A stretch of 64,000 nt of DNA from an uncultured Bacilli bacterium (GTDB lineage Bacteria > Bacillota_I > Bacilli_A > RF39 > UBA660): the NCBI GenBank assembly GCA_934096705.1, contig CAKOMR010000001.1, forward strand, positions 53,364 to 117,363. The letters run 5' to 3'. The notes under the pieces were generated by a model. It searched no databases. It was not told where the DNA came from and worked only from the letters and a program-made list of their open reading frames with translations. Positions 29,326 through 40,176 of the stretch are shown here, piece by piece. A program made the translations under genes and the position numbers. Numbering within the stretch: the stretch's first letter is position 1; each line of letters opens with the position of its first letter.

Positions 29326-29751
29326 ATGAGGGATATGATGAGAAAGTTTTATGTTTTTAATATTAATAAAGAAATGAGTGTACTTGCGAAAGATAGTCCA
29401 TATATGTTATATAAAAGTTTTGAAACAATTTATAATAGTAATAAAAAAGATTTAAATATGGCACAAAACCTTTATGAACAGATGGCTATGAGAATAAATC
29501 AAAATGTGATAAATCAAAAAATTTATGCAGCAAATAAAGATAATCAATTTTATTATTTAGTGGGAAATGTTCATCATTACTATAATAAATATAAAGGTGA
29601 AGAAGAACAGTTGACAGTTAAAAATTCTTTTTTATCTTCAGTGGGAAATAGTAACAATTTAGTTTTGCTTAAGTCTTTAACCAATTATAATTTTTTTGTT
29701 TGTGATTTTGAGAATAAGGATTATTTTTGGCTTGATGAGATTTGCTGTTAA
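29326..29751 (+). CDS. Hypothetical protein, possibly SirA-like (YneE family) sporulation inhibitor of replication
   Basis: Position tkt-X-yneF mirrors B. subtilis tkt-sirA(yneE)-yneF. The C-terminal CDFENKDYFWLDE resembles SirA ..DFNSKRYGWL.. Overall similarity is weak. Confidence 0.35.
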   Translation: MRDMMRKFYVFNINKEMSVLAKDSPYMLYKSFETIYNSNKKDLNMAQNLYEQMAMRINQNVINQKIYAANKDNQFYYLVGNVHHYYNKYKGEEEQLTVKNSFLSSVGNSNNLVLLKSLTNYNFFVCDFENKDYFWLDEICC

Positions 29752-29803
29752 ATATAGACAAAATAAAATATATTTAGTAAAATAATTTTGGGAGTGATAA
29801 ATA

Positions 29804-30013
29804 ATGGGAGCACAAATTGCTTGGGGCTTAATTGGCCTTGTTATAGGAATAGTAATAGGTTTTTTAATTGCTCGTATTACTACGAAAAAATTACTTGAGA
29901 AAAATCCACCTATTAATGAAAAAATGATTGAAGCTATGATGAGTGGAATGGGAAGAAAGCCTAGTCAAAAACAAATTAAACAAGTTATGAGTCAAATGAA
30001 TAGATATAAATAA
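29804..30013 (+). CDS. yneF: UPF0154 family small membrane protein (YneF)
   Basis: [56 protein letters not shown] closely parallels B. subtilis YneF. Confidence 0.7.
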   Translation: MGAQIAWGLIGLVIGIVIGFLIARITTKKLLEKNPPINEKMIEAMMSGMGRKPSQKQIKQVMSQMNRYK

Positions 30014-30052
30014 TTTTTATATCTATTTTTTTATTTTTGTGAGATAATTAAT

Positions 30053-31066
30053 ATGGAGTGTGAGTATATGATTACAAATGAAAATGTTTTAAAAGAGCAA
30101 AAGGGAATTACTAAAAAAATAATTATATGGTTATTTATAATATTTGTAAGTATTGGTTTATTTGTTTTAGGGGATTATCTAAATGAAAAAGAAAAAAGTA
30201 AAGCTCAAAATTTAGAAACAATAATTACAAGTAAAGACGAAAATAAAGAGTCACTTCATACATATATTGAAGTTAAGAAAAATCCTTATAAATTTGCTGT
30301 ATCAAATGATACTACTGATGCATACTATCTTTTAACAGATGGAAATTATTTATATGTAGCTTATATGAGTATTGATGATTATAATAAAGTTAATGATGAA
30401 AATGATTATGATGGTAAAATTAAAATTGAGGGAATAACAGGAATACCATCATCCGATGTTAAAAATCTTGCTATCGAAACATATAATGAACTTTTTGAAA
30501 CACAACTTACAACTGCAGATTATGAATCATATTTTGGTGATGTTTATATCGATATGACTAAAGAATATAGTTCAAGTTCTGATGTTATAAATGTTATTGG
30601 ATTTATTACTCTTATTGTAGGCATAATATGTTTAATAGTAAATATAGCAAAGAAAATCAGTTATAATAAAAACATAAAAAAATTTTCTAGAGTAGAAATA
30701 AAACATATAAATGAAGAACTAAATAATCCAAATTCATTTTATTATAATTATGCTAAAGTCTACTTGACTGACAATTATATAGTGAGCATAAGTCTTCCAT
30801 TCTGTGTTATTAAATACGCTGACATTTTATGGATGTATAAACATGTACAAAGAACAAATGGAATTAAAACAAATGAATCAATTATTTTAAAAGATATGTT
30901 TAACAAGTCTTATAGCATTGCTTCAATGAGTCTTAGTACAAAAGCAAAAACTGAACAATTCGAAGAGATAATGAATACTATAAGCCAAAAAAATCCGAAT
31001 ATTTTAGTAGGATATACTAAAGAAAATATAAATGAATACAAAACAAAAATAAAAAGAAGAAAATAA
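30053..31066 (+). CDS. Hypothetical two-TM membrane protein
   Basis: TM segments at about residues 25-45 and about 180-200, with no recognisable motifs. Confidence 0.35.
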   Translation: MECEYMITNENVLKEQKGITKKIIIWLFIIFVSIGLFVLGDYLNEKEKSKAQNLETIITSKDENKESLHTYIEVKKNPYKFAVSNDTTDAYYLLTDGNYLYVAYMSIDDYNKVNDENDYDGKIKIEGITGIPSSDVKNLAIETYNELFETQLTTADYESYFGDVYIDMTKEYSSSSDVINVIGFITLIVGIICLIVNIAKKISYNKNIKKFSRVEIKHINEELNNPNSFYYNYAKVYLTDNYIVSISLPFCVIKYADILWMYKHVQRTNGIKTNESIILKDMFNKSYSIASMSLSTKAKTEQFEEIMNTISQKNPNILVGYTKENINEYKTKIKRRK

Positions 31067-31138
31067 AACTTCTTTTTTTTAGCAGTTTGACTTAAAATAT
31101 AATAAATGTTATAATACTAAGCAATTTTAGGGGGAACT

Positions 31139-32974
31139 ATGTTAAAGGTACTTAATAAAAAATATGAAAAATTACATATTTTTAATTTACCATTTAATAC
31201 ATTAATAGAACATGTATTTTCAAACAATTTATACTTTCTTTTTGATGATGAAACATTTTGCAGATACATAGTTGAAAATTTAAAAAAAATAGACTCAAAG
31301 TATTTATTAAAAATACTTTCTATTATAAATATAACAAAATATATTAGAATGGTTGATTTAATAGAAATATTTTATTTACTTGATGATGAAGAAAAAATGG
31401 CTTTATTAAATATGCCACATATTCAAAAATTTTTCTTTACAAAACATTTTTTAGGATATAAAGCACTTGATTTAAAACTTAGTAGTTTAGATAGTTATAA
31501 AAGACTTCTTGAACTATTTCCTGATGAAGAAAAAAGAGTAATCATTTTAAGGGGAATTAAAGATGAAGAATTTGTTGTAAATTATATTAAATCTTGTAAC
31601 TTTACTGAAAGTCATTTGTTTGGTATAGTTTCAAATTTTTCAAAAGATGAAAATATTATTCCTTTTCTTAAATTTTTTACATCCAATCATAGATCGTCAC
31701 TTATAATAAAAATGCATTCTGAAGAATATAAAAAAGCTCATTTTAATGAAATGGTTTTATCTGATCAATTAAAATTTATATTTACCCAAAATGATGATGT
31801 TAAATGTGAGTTTATAGAAAATGGTTTTTATCCAGAATATATTATTCCCTCATTAACAGATTTAAATAAATTATTTACTTACTTCTTAAGTTTAAAAACT
31901 TACGATAAACAACTTATAGTTTTACAAAAAGTAAAAGATGATAATATAAAATTCGGACTTTTTCAAGTAATGAATTTAGAAAATCATTATATTGATGTTC
32001 TTTTATATTTATATAGTGTTGTAACTACTTTGGAAGTTAAAAAGAAAATTAGTGGTTTAATTGATGACAAAGGTATTATTGAAGCATTAAAAAGTAGTAA
32101 AAAAAGTCCTAAGGTTCTTACTGATGATATAGAACTTCAGTTTTCTCCATTAGTAGATGAAAAAATGACAATTGGAATTGAACTTGAATGTTCAAATGCA
32201 AATAATGATGCATATATATCTATAAAAAAACTTTTGTCTAAATGGGAAATGAAAGAAGAAATAACTGTTCCAAATGGAGTTGAAATAACTTCTCCAGTTT
32301 TAAATTATAACCCAAAATCTTTAAAAGAATTAAAATATATTTGTTTGTTTTTACAAAGAAATAATTTTTCTGTAAATGAAAATTGTGGTGGACATATTCA
32401 TATTGGTTTTGATTATTTTGATGATATAGTGCAACTACAAATGTTTTATTATTTATATGTTTATTGTGAAGACATTATATCATTAATGGTTAATAGATGT
32501 GGCTCTATTATAAGACCTTGTGCTTTAACTAATGCAAGACCGATAAAAAGCATGATGATAAAAAATTTTGGAAAATATATGTCTTTTACAAATTTATCCA
32601 TTGAAGGTTTTGTTGCAACAATGAAAGAACTTCAACATGATAAATACACATCTGTTAATTTACAAAATGCATTATCACCTCAGAAAAATACAATTGAATT
32701 TAGAATACCTAATGGTGAAATTGATTTTGATGAACTTAATTATAATATAATATTTATTACGAGACTAATGAGTTTTTCAAAAAAAATATTTTCTGTTCCA
32801 TTAGATAGGAATACTTTAAGAAAAATACTTTCACTAAGTGAAATTACACAAATGACCGATAGAAGAGACATATTACTAGATTTGATGTTTACAGAAACCG
32901 ATTTAAAAAATGTATATTTTGATAGATTTGAAAGTAATTTAGAATTAAATAGAGAAATAAATCCAAAAATATAA
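31139..32974 (+). CDS. Large protein with an N-terminal helical-repeat region and a C-terminal putative amidoligase (Amidoligase_2/GS-like) domain
   Basis: C-terminal TIGIELEC....GVEITSPVL.....L......L......V.ENCGGHIHIG ... NTIEFRIPNGEIDFDELNYNIIFITRL matches the amidoligase_2 pattern (GxExE ... CG.HVH ... TiEFR.f.gT.d). Confidence 0.5.
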   Translation: MLKVLNKKYEKLHIFNLPFNTLIEHVFSNNLYFLFDDETFCRYIVENLKKIDSKYLLKILSIINITKYIRMVDLIEIFYLLDDEEKMALLNMPHIQKFFFTKHFLGYKALDLKLSSLDSYKRLLELFPDEEKRVIILRGIKDEEFVVNYIKSCNFTESHLFGIVSNFSKDENIIPFLKFFTSNHRSSLIIKMHSEEYKKAHFNEMVLSDQLKFIFTQNDDVKCEFIENGFYPEYIIPSLTDLNKLFTYFLSLKTYDKQLIVLQKVKDDNIKFGLFQVMNLENHYIDVLLYLYSVVTTLEVKKKISGLIDDKGIIEALKSSKKSPKVLTDDIELQFSPLVDEKMTIGIELECSNANNDAYISIKKLLSKWEMKEEITVPNGVEITSPVLNYNPKSLKELKYICLFLQRNNFSVNENCGGHIHIGFDYFDDIVQLQMFYYLYVYCEDIISLMVNRCGSIIRPCALTNARPIKSMMIKNFGKYMSFTNLSIEGFVATMKELQHDKYTSVNLQNALSPQKNTIEFRIPNGEIDFDELNYNIIFITRLMSFSKKIFSVPLDRNTLRKILSLSEITQMTDRRDILLDLMFTETDLKNVYFDRFESNLELNREINPKI

Positions 32975-32999
32975 AAAATTTGTTTACATTTCAAAAAAT

Positions 33000-33392
33000 A
33001 TGTTATATCATTTACTTAAGGTAGTGAAGATAATGAGTGATAATAAAAAAGTTTTAACATATTGCCCAAATTTTTATAAAATAATAGATTTCAAACCAAT
33101 TGCAAATGATGAAATAACGGATAAACTTATTAGAATGTATAAAGAATATATTTTTAAAGTTGATTTAAATAATGAAGAAAATATTTCTGAAATAAAAAGA
33201 TTAGATGAAGCTTTGTCAAAATATATTGATGATTATATTTTTAGAAAAGAATTAAAAAAACAAATTTTACTTGTTAAAGTGAAAAATGATTGTAAAGATA
33301 TTTTAAAATTTTTTGTTGATAAAATAATTTCTATATTTAATAATTATAAGGAAAGTAGTACAAGAGTTATTTATATATCAAGATGGATATAA
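33000..33392 (+). CDS. Hypothetical small protein downstream of the amidoligase gene
   Basis: ORF only. A possible alternative start is at MSDNKKV (33033). Confidence 0.3.
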   Translation: MLYHLLKVVKIMSDNKKVLTYCPNFYKIIDFKPIANDEITDKLIRMYKEYIFKVDLNNEENISEIKRLDEALSKYIDDYIFRKELKKQILLVKVKNDCKDILKFFVDKIISIFNNYKESSTRVIYISRWI

Positions 33393-33468
33393 AATAACTT
33401 TTTTTATGTTTTTTAATAATTGCATTGTTTACATATTTTTGCTATACTTATCATAGTAAGGAGAATGA

Positions 33469-34158
33469 GTGATGAACACAAAGATAAAGTTATCAAGAAA
33501 TGAAATGATTGTTACTTTTATTGCTATTTTTTTACTTATAACCCTTGTATCAGCTGCAACATTTGCATATTTTGGTTCTTTTTCTACGAACTTAAATAAT
33601 AAATTACACGTAAATATTACAACAGAAAATGGTGTTACATCAACATTTACTACGGGGGGAGCTATATTAAATTTAGAGGTACCTCCGGCAAGAATGAATC
33701 AACTTAATAATGGTACATTAGCTGCAAGTAGTAATGCTAATTTATCAGTTAAATTAAATTCTGCATCTCCGAGTATAAAAATGCAGTGTACTTATGATAT
33801 TGTTTTTGAATATCAAAATGGTTCTAAAGTATACGGTCTTGGTGATGAGGTAGTAACAACTGCTGGTGAAAAGGAAATTACTATGAAAGTTATTGGTAAT
33901 AGTGGAACTAATAAATTTGCTGAAGAAAAAAACTTTAATTTTAATACGGCAGATGGTTGGGTAAGCGCTACTTCTGGTAAAGGAGCAAACATTACTTTAG
34001 TTAGCGATGCCAAAATTACTAGTGAAGGTATAGAAAATGTTTCTGAGTGGAATTTTGAATTTAAATTCTATAATTTAGCAGCACGCCAAACTGGGCTTGA
34101 AAATAAAACTTTTGTGGGGAAAATATATGCTGTAAGTAAGGGCTGTATAAATATTTAA
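33469..34158 (+). CDS. Secreted protein with a SipW-cognate-type signal peptide, TasA/camelysin-like. It is a paralog of the N-terminal domain of the 51446 ORF.
   Basis: N-terminal region ...LVSAATFAYFGSFSTNL parallels the TasA/CalY GTFAFFSD SipW-type signal-peptide motif. It shares ..KMQCTYDIVFEY..G.KVYGLGDEVVTTAGEKEITMKVIG.SGTNKFAEEKNFNF with the 51446 ORF (..KCTYDIIFEY...TLQAIGPNGTSDYFEEKNFNL). Confidence 0.4.
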   Translation: MMNTKIKLSRNEMIVTFIAIFLLITLVSAATFAYFGSFSTNLNNKLHVNITTENGVTSTFTTGGAILNLEVPPARMNQLNNGTLAASSNANLSVKLNSASPSIKMQCTYDIVFEYQNGSKVYGLGDEVVTTAGEKEITMKVIGNSGTNKFAEEKNFNFNTADGWVSATSGKGANITLVSDAKITSEGIENVSEWNFEFKFYNLAARQTGLENKTFVGKIYAVSKGCINI

Positions 34159-34173
34159 TATTTACAAATGAGT

Positions 34174-34196
34174 AGTGGTTTGATACCACTTTTTTT
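34174..34196 (+). terminator. Rho-independent terminator
   Basis: agtggtttgataccact hairpin plus a T6 run. Confidence 0.6.
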
Positions 34197-34258
34197 GTGT
34201 AAAATTATAATTGAATATTTAATAAAAGTACGTTAATATTATTATAGAGAAGAGGCTA

Positions 34259-35815
34259 GTGATGAAAAAAACAAATAAAAAAACAAAAATAATTATAATA
34301 AGTATTTTAACTATTATTTTGATTATTGGAATTATAATAACAATCAAATCCAAAAAGAATTTGACTATAAATACAAATGTAAAAAAATTTGAGTCTGAAT
34401 ATAAAATGCTTGATAATAATTTACAATTATTAGATTTATATTTTTTAAAAGAGGAAAATAATGAAGAAAATATTGTTTATAGTCCAATTTCAATCAAATA
34501 TGCTTTAGCAATGCTTTCAGATGCGTCATTAGGTGATAGTAAAAGTCAAATTGATGCTGTTTTAGGTAAGTATAATTTCAAAAAATATGATAATAGTAAA
34601 AATGTTTCTTTTGCAAATGCCTTATTTATAAAAGATAGCTTTAAGCAGTATGTTAAAAATGATTATATAACTCAAATAAAAAATAAATATAATGGTGAAG
34701 TAATATATGATAGTTTTAATAGTCCAAATACTATTAATTCCTGGGTTTCTAATAAAACATTTAACTTAATAAATAATTTAATTGATGATGTTTCAAATAA
34801 TGATTTTATGTTAATAAATGCTCTTGCAATTGATATGAATTGGAACTATTTAATTCAACCAGTATTAACTGATAATAATAGTTCTGATTTTCAAAAGAAA
34901 ATATATGATAAAAAGCATTTTGATATATCAGCTTGGCATGTTGATTATCTTCATGAAGATTTAAATTCAATGTATATTAGTTCAATTGCTGCCGATGAAT
35001 ATCCTGTAATGAAATTCAATGATAAAGATGTAAGTTCTTTAAAGTTTGGTGCTTCAATTAATAATTATGATATTGTTAATGATTTAGGAAAAGAAAATAT
35101 TCGTAATGAAATCACTAAAGAATATGAGAAATGGGTTAGCGATGATTATTGTGAAGTTCATAAATATGAAGAAAGTAACACATTTGTCGATAAATTTATA
35201 AAAGAATTAGATTCAAATTATAAGGATATAGCAAGTTCAACAGATTTTAATTTTTATGTTGATGATAATGTTAAAGCTTTTGCCAAATACTTAAATGAAT
35301 ATAATGGTCTTAATTTAGAATATATTGGTATTATGCCTATAAATGAAAATTTAACTAGCTATATTAATACAGTAAAAGTTGAAGAAATAAAAAATATATT
35401 TAATAATCTAAAAGAAATAAAAATTGATAATTTTGAGAAGGGATATATTACACAAATCAAAGGAAATATTCCATTATTTAAGTTTGATTATGAACTTAAT
35501 CTCGAAAATGATTTAAAAAATATAGGTATTACGGACGTATTTAATGAAAATGCAAATCTTTCCAATTTAACAAATGAAAAAGCTTTAATTAATCCTGTTA
35601 TTCATAAAACTACGATTGAGTTTTCAAATGAGGGAATAAAAGCTTCTGCTGCAACTTCCATTGGAGGCTTTGGAGCAATAGATTGTAGTTTTGAACATTT
35701 ATATAAAGTACCTGTAAAAGTAATAGACTTGACTTTTGATAAACCTTTTATATTTTTTATCAGGAATATTAAAACAGGAGAAATTTGGTTTACTGGAGCT
35801 GTATATAGTCCATAA
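34259..35815 (+). CDS. Serpin-family serine protease inhibitor, membrane-anchored, with insertions
   Basis: N-terminal TM, then IVYSPISIKYALAMLSDASLGDSKSQI. Hinge/RCL NEGIKASAATSIGG. Canonical serpin C-terminus DKPFIFFIRNIKTGEIWFTGAVYSP. Confidence 0.8.
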   Translation: MMKKTNKKTKIIIISILTIILIIGIIITIKSKKNLTINTNVKKFESEYKMLDNNLQLLDLYFLKEENNEENIVYSPISIKYALAMLSDASLGDSKSQIDAVLGKYNFKKYDNSKNVSFANALFIKDSFKQYVKNDYITQIKNKYNGEVIYDSFNSPNTINSWVSNKTFNLINNLIDDVSNNDFMLINALAIDMNWNYLIQPVLTDNNSSDFQKKIYDKKHFDISAWHVDYLHEDLNSMYISSIAADEYPVMKFNDKDVSSLKFGASINNYDIVNDLGKENIRNEITKEYEKWVSDDYCEVHKYEESNTFVDKFIKELDSNYKDIASSTDFNFYVDDNVKAFAKYLNEYNGLNLEYIGIMPINENLTSYINTVKVEEIKNIFNNLKEIKIDNFEKGYITQIKGNIPLFKFDYELNLENDLKNIGITDVFNENANLSNLTNEKALINPVIHKTTIEFSNEGIKASAATSIGGFGAIDCSFEHLYKVPVKVIDLTFDKPFIFFIRNIKTGEIWFTGAVYSP

Positions 35816-35928
35816 TATTTTAAAAGGAAAAGTTTTTTTCTTTTTTATATGTAAAAATAAGTATAGTTTTATGAGTTTTAATTGTGAAGAAAAATAAAAT
35901 AAGTTACAATAAATACGGAGAGGTAATT

Positions 35929-36771
35929 ATGATTTTAGATGGAAAAAAAGTAAGAAATGAGTTACTTTCATTTTATGAAGAAAAAATAAAAAATGAAAGT
36001 ATGAAAATATGTTTGGCAATTATTTATGTTGGTGATGATAAGCCAAGCAAAGTATATATAACAAATAAGATTAAATATTGTGAAAAAGTCGGTATTAAAG
36101 TTATTTTATATGAGATGGATGCAAAAACAAAAGAAGAAAACGTTATTGAACTTATTGAAAAATTAAATGATTCGAAGGATATAACTGGAATTATATTGCA
36201 AAGTCCAGTCCCTAAAGAAATTAATTTTTCAAAATGTAGTAGCCGTATTAATCCAAATAAAGATATTGATGGTTTTACAAAGGAGAATCTTTATAAATTA
36301 GTTCATAGTGAAGATGGCCTTTTTCCATGTACATCAAAAGGTATTATTATGCTTTTAAAATATTATAATGTTACATTAGCAGGTAAAAATGTTTGCATTG
36401 TAGGAAGGGGAGATATTGTAGGCAAGCCTCTTATTTTTGAAATGCTTAATAATAATGCTACGGTTACAGTATGTCATTCACAAACTAAAAATATTTCTGA
36501 ACTTACAAAAAAAGCAGATATTGTTATTAGTGCTGTAGGAAGTCCACATTTAATAAAAAGTAATATGGTAAAAGATGATGCAATTGTTGTTGATGTTGGG
36601 ATAAGTATTATAGATGGAAAAATTATTGGTGATGTTGATTTTGATAACTTAAAAGATAAATGTACTTATATAACTCCGAACCCTGGTGGTGTTGGACCTA
36701 TGACTATTGCTATGATTATAGATAATTTGATAAAAGCATATTATATGCAAAAGGAGAATGTAAATGGATAA
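35929..36771 (+). CDS. folD: Bifunctional methylenetetrahydrofolate dehydrogenase/cyclohydrolase
   Basis: [13 protein letters not shown] start, [23 protein letters not shown] at 35929 follows GGAGAGG. Confidence 0.85.
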   Translation: MILDGKKVRNELLSFYEEKIKNESMKICLAIIYVGDDKPSKVYITNKIKYCEKVGIKVILYEMDAKTKEENVIELIEKLNDSKDITGIILQSPVPKEINFSKCSSRINPNKDIDGFTKENLYKLVHSEDGLFPCTSKGIIMLLKYYNVTLAGKNVCIVGRGDIVGKPLIFEMLNNNATVTVCHSQTKNISELTKKADIVISAVGSPHLIKSNMVKDDAIVVDVGISIIDGKIIGDVDFDNLKDKCTYITPNPGGVGPMTIAMIIDNLIKAYYMQKENVNG

Positions 36772-37984
36772 AAAAATTGTTGACGCTTTAGAAAAAGAAA
36801 GAAAAAGACAGGAAGACTCAATCGAACTTATTGCTTCAGAAAACTATGTTTCAAATGATATTTTGCATCTTCAAGGAAGCATTTTGACCAATAAATACGC
36901 TGAGGGATATCCTGGAAAAAGATATTATGGCGGTTGTGAAAACATTGATGAAATAGAAAGCCTAGGAATATCATATGTATGTTCATTATTTGGTGCAAAA
37001 TATGCAAATATTCAACCTCATTCTGGGTCAAGTGCAAATATGGCTGCAATAAGAGCACTTATTAATCACAAAGATAAAATACTTAGTATGGATTTAAATA
37101 ATGGAGGACATTTAACTCATGGTTTTAAAAGTAGTTTTAGTGGTATAGATTATGATGCACATTTTTACTCTTTAAATAAAGATACTGAGATGCTTGATTA
37201 TGATGAAATAGAACGTCTTGCTATAGAAATTAAACCTAAACTTATAATTGCTGGAGCATCAGCATATTCAAAAATAATTGATTTTAAAAGATTTAGAGAA
37301 ATAGCTGATAAAGTTGGAGCTTACTTAATGGTTGATATGGCACATATTGCAGGACTTGTAGCCGGAAATGTACATCCATCACCAATTCCATATGCGGATG
37401 TAGTTACGTCTACGACACATAAAACTTTAAGAGGCCCACGTGGTGGAATAATTCTTACAAATAGTGAAGAACTTATTAAAAAAATAAATAAAACTGTTTT
37501 CCCTGGAATTCAAGGAGGACCGCTTGAACATATTATAGCTGCTAAAACAGAGTGCTTTTATGAAGCATTAAGTGATGATTTTAAAATTTATGCTCAAAAT
37601 GTTATAAAAAATGCTAAGGCTTTATGTGAAACTTTAAAGGATGAAGGATTTAAAATTGTTTCAAATGGAACCGATAATCATTTGTTATTATTAAATGTAA
37701 AAAGTGTAAATTTGACTGGTAAAGAAGCTGAAGAAGTACTCGAAAAAATTAATATTACAGTAAATAAAAACATGATTCCAAACGATACTGAAAAATCTAC
37801 GGTAACAAGTGGTCTAAGACTTGGAAGTGCAGCGATGACTACAAGAGGACTTAATGAAGACGATTTTAAGAAAATTGGCTTGATAATTAGCAAAGCTTTA
37901 AAAAATACTAGTAATGAAAAAATATTAAATGATTTAAAATTAGAGGTAAAAAAAATAACTGATAAATATCCATTATGGTATTAA
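36764..37984 (+). CDS. glyA: Serine hydroxymethyltransferase
   Basis: [12 protein letters not shown]-lysine region [16 protein letters not shown]. Confidence 0.9.
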   Translation: MDKKIVDALEKERKRQEDSIELIASENYVSNDILHLQGSILTNKYAEGYPGKRYYGGCENIDEIESLGISYVCSLFGAKYANIQPHSGSSANMAAIRALINHKDKILSMDLNNGGHLTHGFKSSFSGIDYDAHFYSLNKDTEMLDYDEIERLAIEIKPKLIIAGASAYSKIIDFKRFREIADKVGAYLMVDMAHIAGLVAGNVHPSPIPYADVVTSTTHKTLRGPRGGIILTNSEELIKKINKTVFPGIQGGPLEHIIAAKTECFYEALSDDFKIYAQNVIKNAKALCETLKDEGFKIVSNGTDNHLLLLNVKSVNLTGKEAEEVLEKINITVNKNMIPNDTEKSTVTSGLRLGSAAMTTRGLNEDDFKKIGLIISKALKNTSNEKILNDLKLEVKKITDKYPLWY

Positions 37985-37994
37985 GGAGGTAAAA

Positions 37995-39413
37995 ATGGAA
38001 GTTAAGTTGTTAGGCTCAACAGATCAAAAATATATTGAAAGTCAAATTCAAATATGTGCAGCTGCAGGAAAACTTTCAAGAATGCCAGGAACAGTTTTTG
38101 ATGCAGTATATTCAATGAATGATCCTGAAAAAGCTCTAAAATTTGTAAATAGAGTTATTGGAATGGGACATACATCTACAATTGATCATGATTATATTGT
38201 GTTTGCCTTATCGAAAGTAAGCCCTTTAGTAGAACAAACCATTATTGAAGAAAGATTTTCTTCATTTACAATCAAGTCAAGAAGGGAAGTCGATTTTTCA
38301 AACGCAGGATTTTATGTACCAGACTTTCATACAAAAGATGGTAAGATATATTCAGATAATGATATTTTAAAAGAAAAATATATTAATTATATGAACTCTT
38401 TATTTGAAAAATATTCTGAGCTGGAAAGTGCTGGCTTTCCAAAAGAAGATGCTCGTTTTATATTGCCTTATTCATACCATTCAGAAATTATTATGGGACT
38501 TGATGGAACAAGTTTAAATAGGATGATAACTAATCTTACTAAAACAAAATATGCAAATATTACGGAGTTAAAAGAACTTGGCGAAAAGCTAAAAGAAATA
38601 GCCAGTCAAAGAGCACCTTATATTGAAACACTTCAAAGAAAAACACAAGAAAGTAAAAAAAGCCAAGCATATAACATTTTAAGTGAAGCAGGATTAAAAA
38701 AAGAATATACATCTTTAGAAGAAACAGTTTTATTATCCTCTACTGATGATATTGATAAAACAATTTTCATAAATGCTATTTGTCGTATGTTTGGTAAAAA
38801 TGTTTATGAAGCAAACTCTATATATGAATCTGTTGTAGCAAATGATGAAGACCTAAAACATAGATTAATGAAATCAATTTTTGAAGAAGTTAATAATGAA
38901 GATTTAAGACAAGTAAATTTTAGATTTCAATTATCTATTCCATTTGCTATATTAACTCATTATACACGCCATAGAAGACTTTCTTTGTCAATTCCTGATT
39001 TTTCTCCTTTAGTAGATTTAAGTCAGTATGAAATTCCACCAAAAATTGAAAATAGTGAATATAAAGATTTTTATAAAGAAATTTTTGCGGAAAACGAAAA
39101 AATTAAAGATGAATTTAAAGCATTAGGTATTCGTGATGAAGATTTAGTTTATTTTACCTTAAGTGGAAATAAAGTTAATGTAATTATTAATTTTGATGGT
39201 GAAGCCTTTAGATGGATTTGTCGTTTAAGGGAGTGTACTAAAGCTCAGTGGTGTATCAGAGAAAATGTTACTAAAATGCATGAATTACTAAAAGAAAAAT
39301 CTACTTATTATGTAGAAAATCTTGGACCTGATTGTGTGACAAAACATTATTGTGGTGAAGGAAAAGAATCATGTGGTAGACTTAAATTAATACTAAAAAA
39401 GGAGAATAAATGA
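37995..39413 (+). CDS. thyX: FAD-dependent thymidylate synthase ThyX, apparent tandem-domain form (472 aa)
   Basis: ThyX motif RHRRLSLS in the C-terminal half. A degenerate ThyX-like N-terminal half (..FTIKSRREVDFS). The genomic context is folD-glyA-X-tmk. Confidence 0.6.
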   Translation: MEVKLLGSTDQKYIESQIQICAAAGKLSRMPGTVFDAVYSMNDPEKALKFVNRVIGMGHTSTIDHDYIVFALSKVSPLVEQTIIEERFSSFTIKSRREVDFSNAGFYVPDFHTKDGKIYSDNDILKEKYINYMNSLFEKYSELESAGFPKEDARFILPYSYHSEIIMGLDGTSLNRMITNLTKTKYANITELKELGEKLKEIASQRAPYIETLQRKTQESKKSQAYNILSEAGLKKEYTSLEETVLLSSTDDIDKTIFINAICRMFGKNVYEANSIYESVVANDEDLKHRLMKSIFEEVNNEDLRQVNFRFQLSIPFAILTHYTRHRRLSLSIPDFSPLVDLSQYEIPPKIENSEYKDFYKEIFAENEKIKDEFKALGIRDEDLVYFTLSGNKVNVIINFDGEAFRWICRLRECTKAQWCIRENVTKMHELLKEKSTYYVENLGPDCVTKHYCGEGKESCGRLKLILKKENK

Positions 39414-40081
39414 AAGGAAAACTAATTGTTATCGAAGGAACTGATTGTTCTGGTAAAGAAACTCAAACAGCTTTGTTAGTAAAATATTTAAAAGAAAAAA
39501 ATGTAAAGGTTTTTAGCATGTCTTTTCCAAATTATGATAGTCCTACGGGAAAAATAATTGGTGGTCCATTTTTAGGAAAAAAGTATATTTGTGATGGCTT
39601 TTTTAAGGAAGGAGCTCCGAATGTTGATCCAAAAGTATCATCACTTTATTTTGCAGCAGATAGATATTATAATCTTCCTATTATTCAAAAAAAATTATCT
39701 GAAGGTTATACGGTAATTCTTGATAGATATGTGTATTCAAATATGGCACATCAAGCTGGTAAAGAAGATGACAAAGAAAAAAGACAAGAATTATATAAGT
39801 TTAATGCTACTTTAGAATTTGATTTATTAGGCCTTCCTCGAGCAGACAAAATAATATTTTTATACATGCCAGTTGAGGGAGCAAAAGCTCTTAGAATTAA
39901 TAGAACTGAAGCCCTCGATCAAAATGAGATGGATGAAGAGTACTTAAAAAAAAGTCAAAGAGCTTATTTAGAACTTTCTAAACTTTTTAATTATATTCAA
40001 ATTGATTGCTTTAAAGATGGCGAAGTACGTTCAATCGAAGATATATCAAAAGATGTAATTAATGCATACAATCAGGTATAA
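39410..40081 (+). CDS. tmk: Thymidylate kinase
   Basis: LIVIEGTDCSGKETQ P-loop, DRYVYSNMAHQ. Confidence 0.85.
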   Translation: MKGKLIVIEGTDCSGKETQTALLVKYLKEKNVKVFSMSFPNYDSPTGKIIGGPFLGKKYICDGFFKEGAPNVDPKVSSLYFAADRYYNLPIIQKKLSEGYTVILDRYVYSNMAHQAGKEDDKEKRQELYKFNATLEFDLLGLPRADKIIFLYMPVEGAKALRINRTEALDQNEMDEEYLKKSQRAYLELSKLFNYIQIDCFKDGEVRSIEDISKDVINAYNQV

Positions 40082-40176
40082 ATATAAAAATTTAAGCATT
40101 TTGCTTATTTTTTTTAGGCTAAAAAACTATACTATATTTGCCTATATTCATACTTTACTTATGAAGGGAGAAAAAA

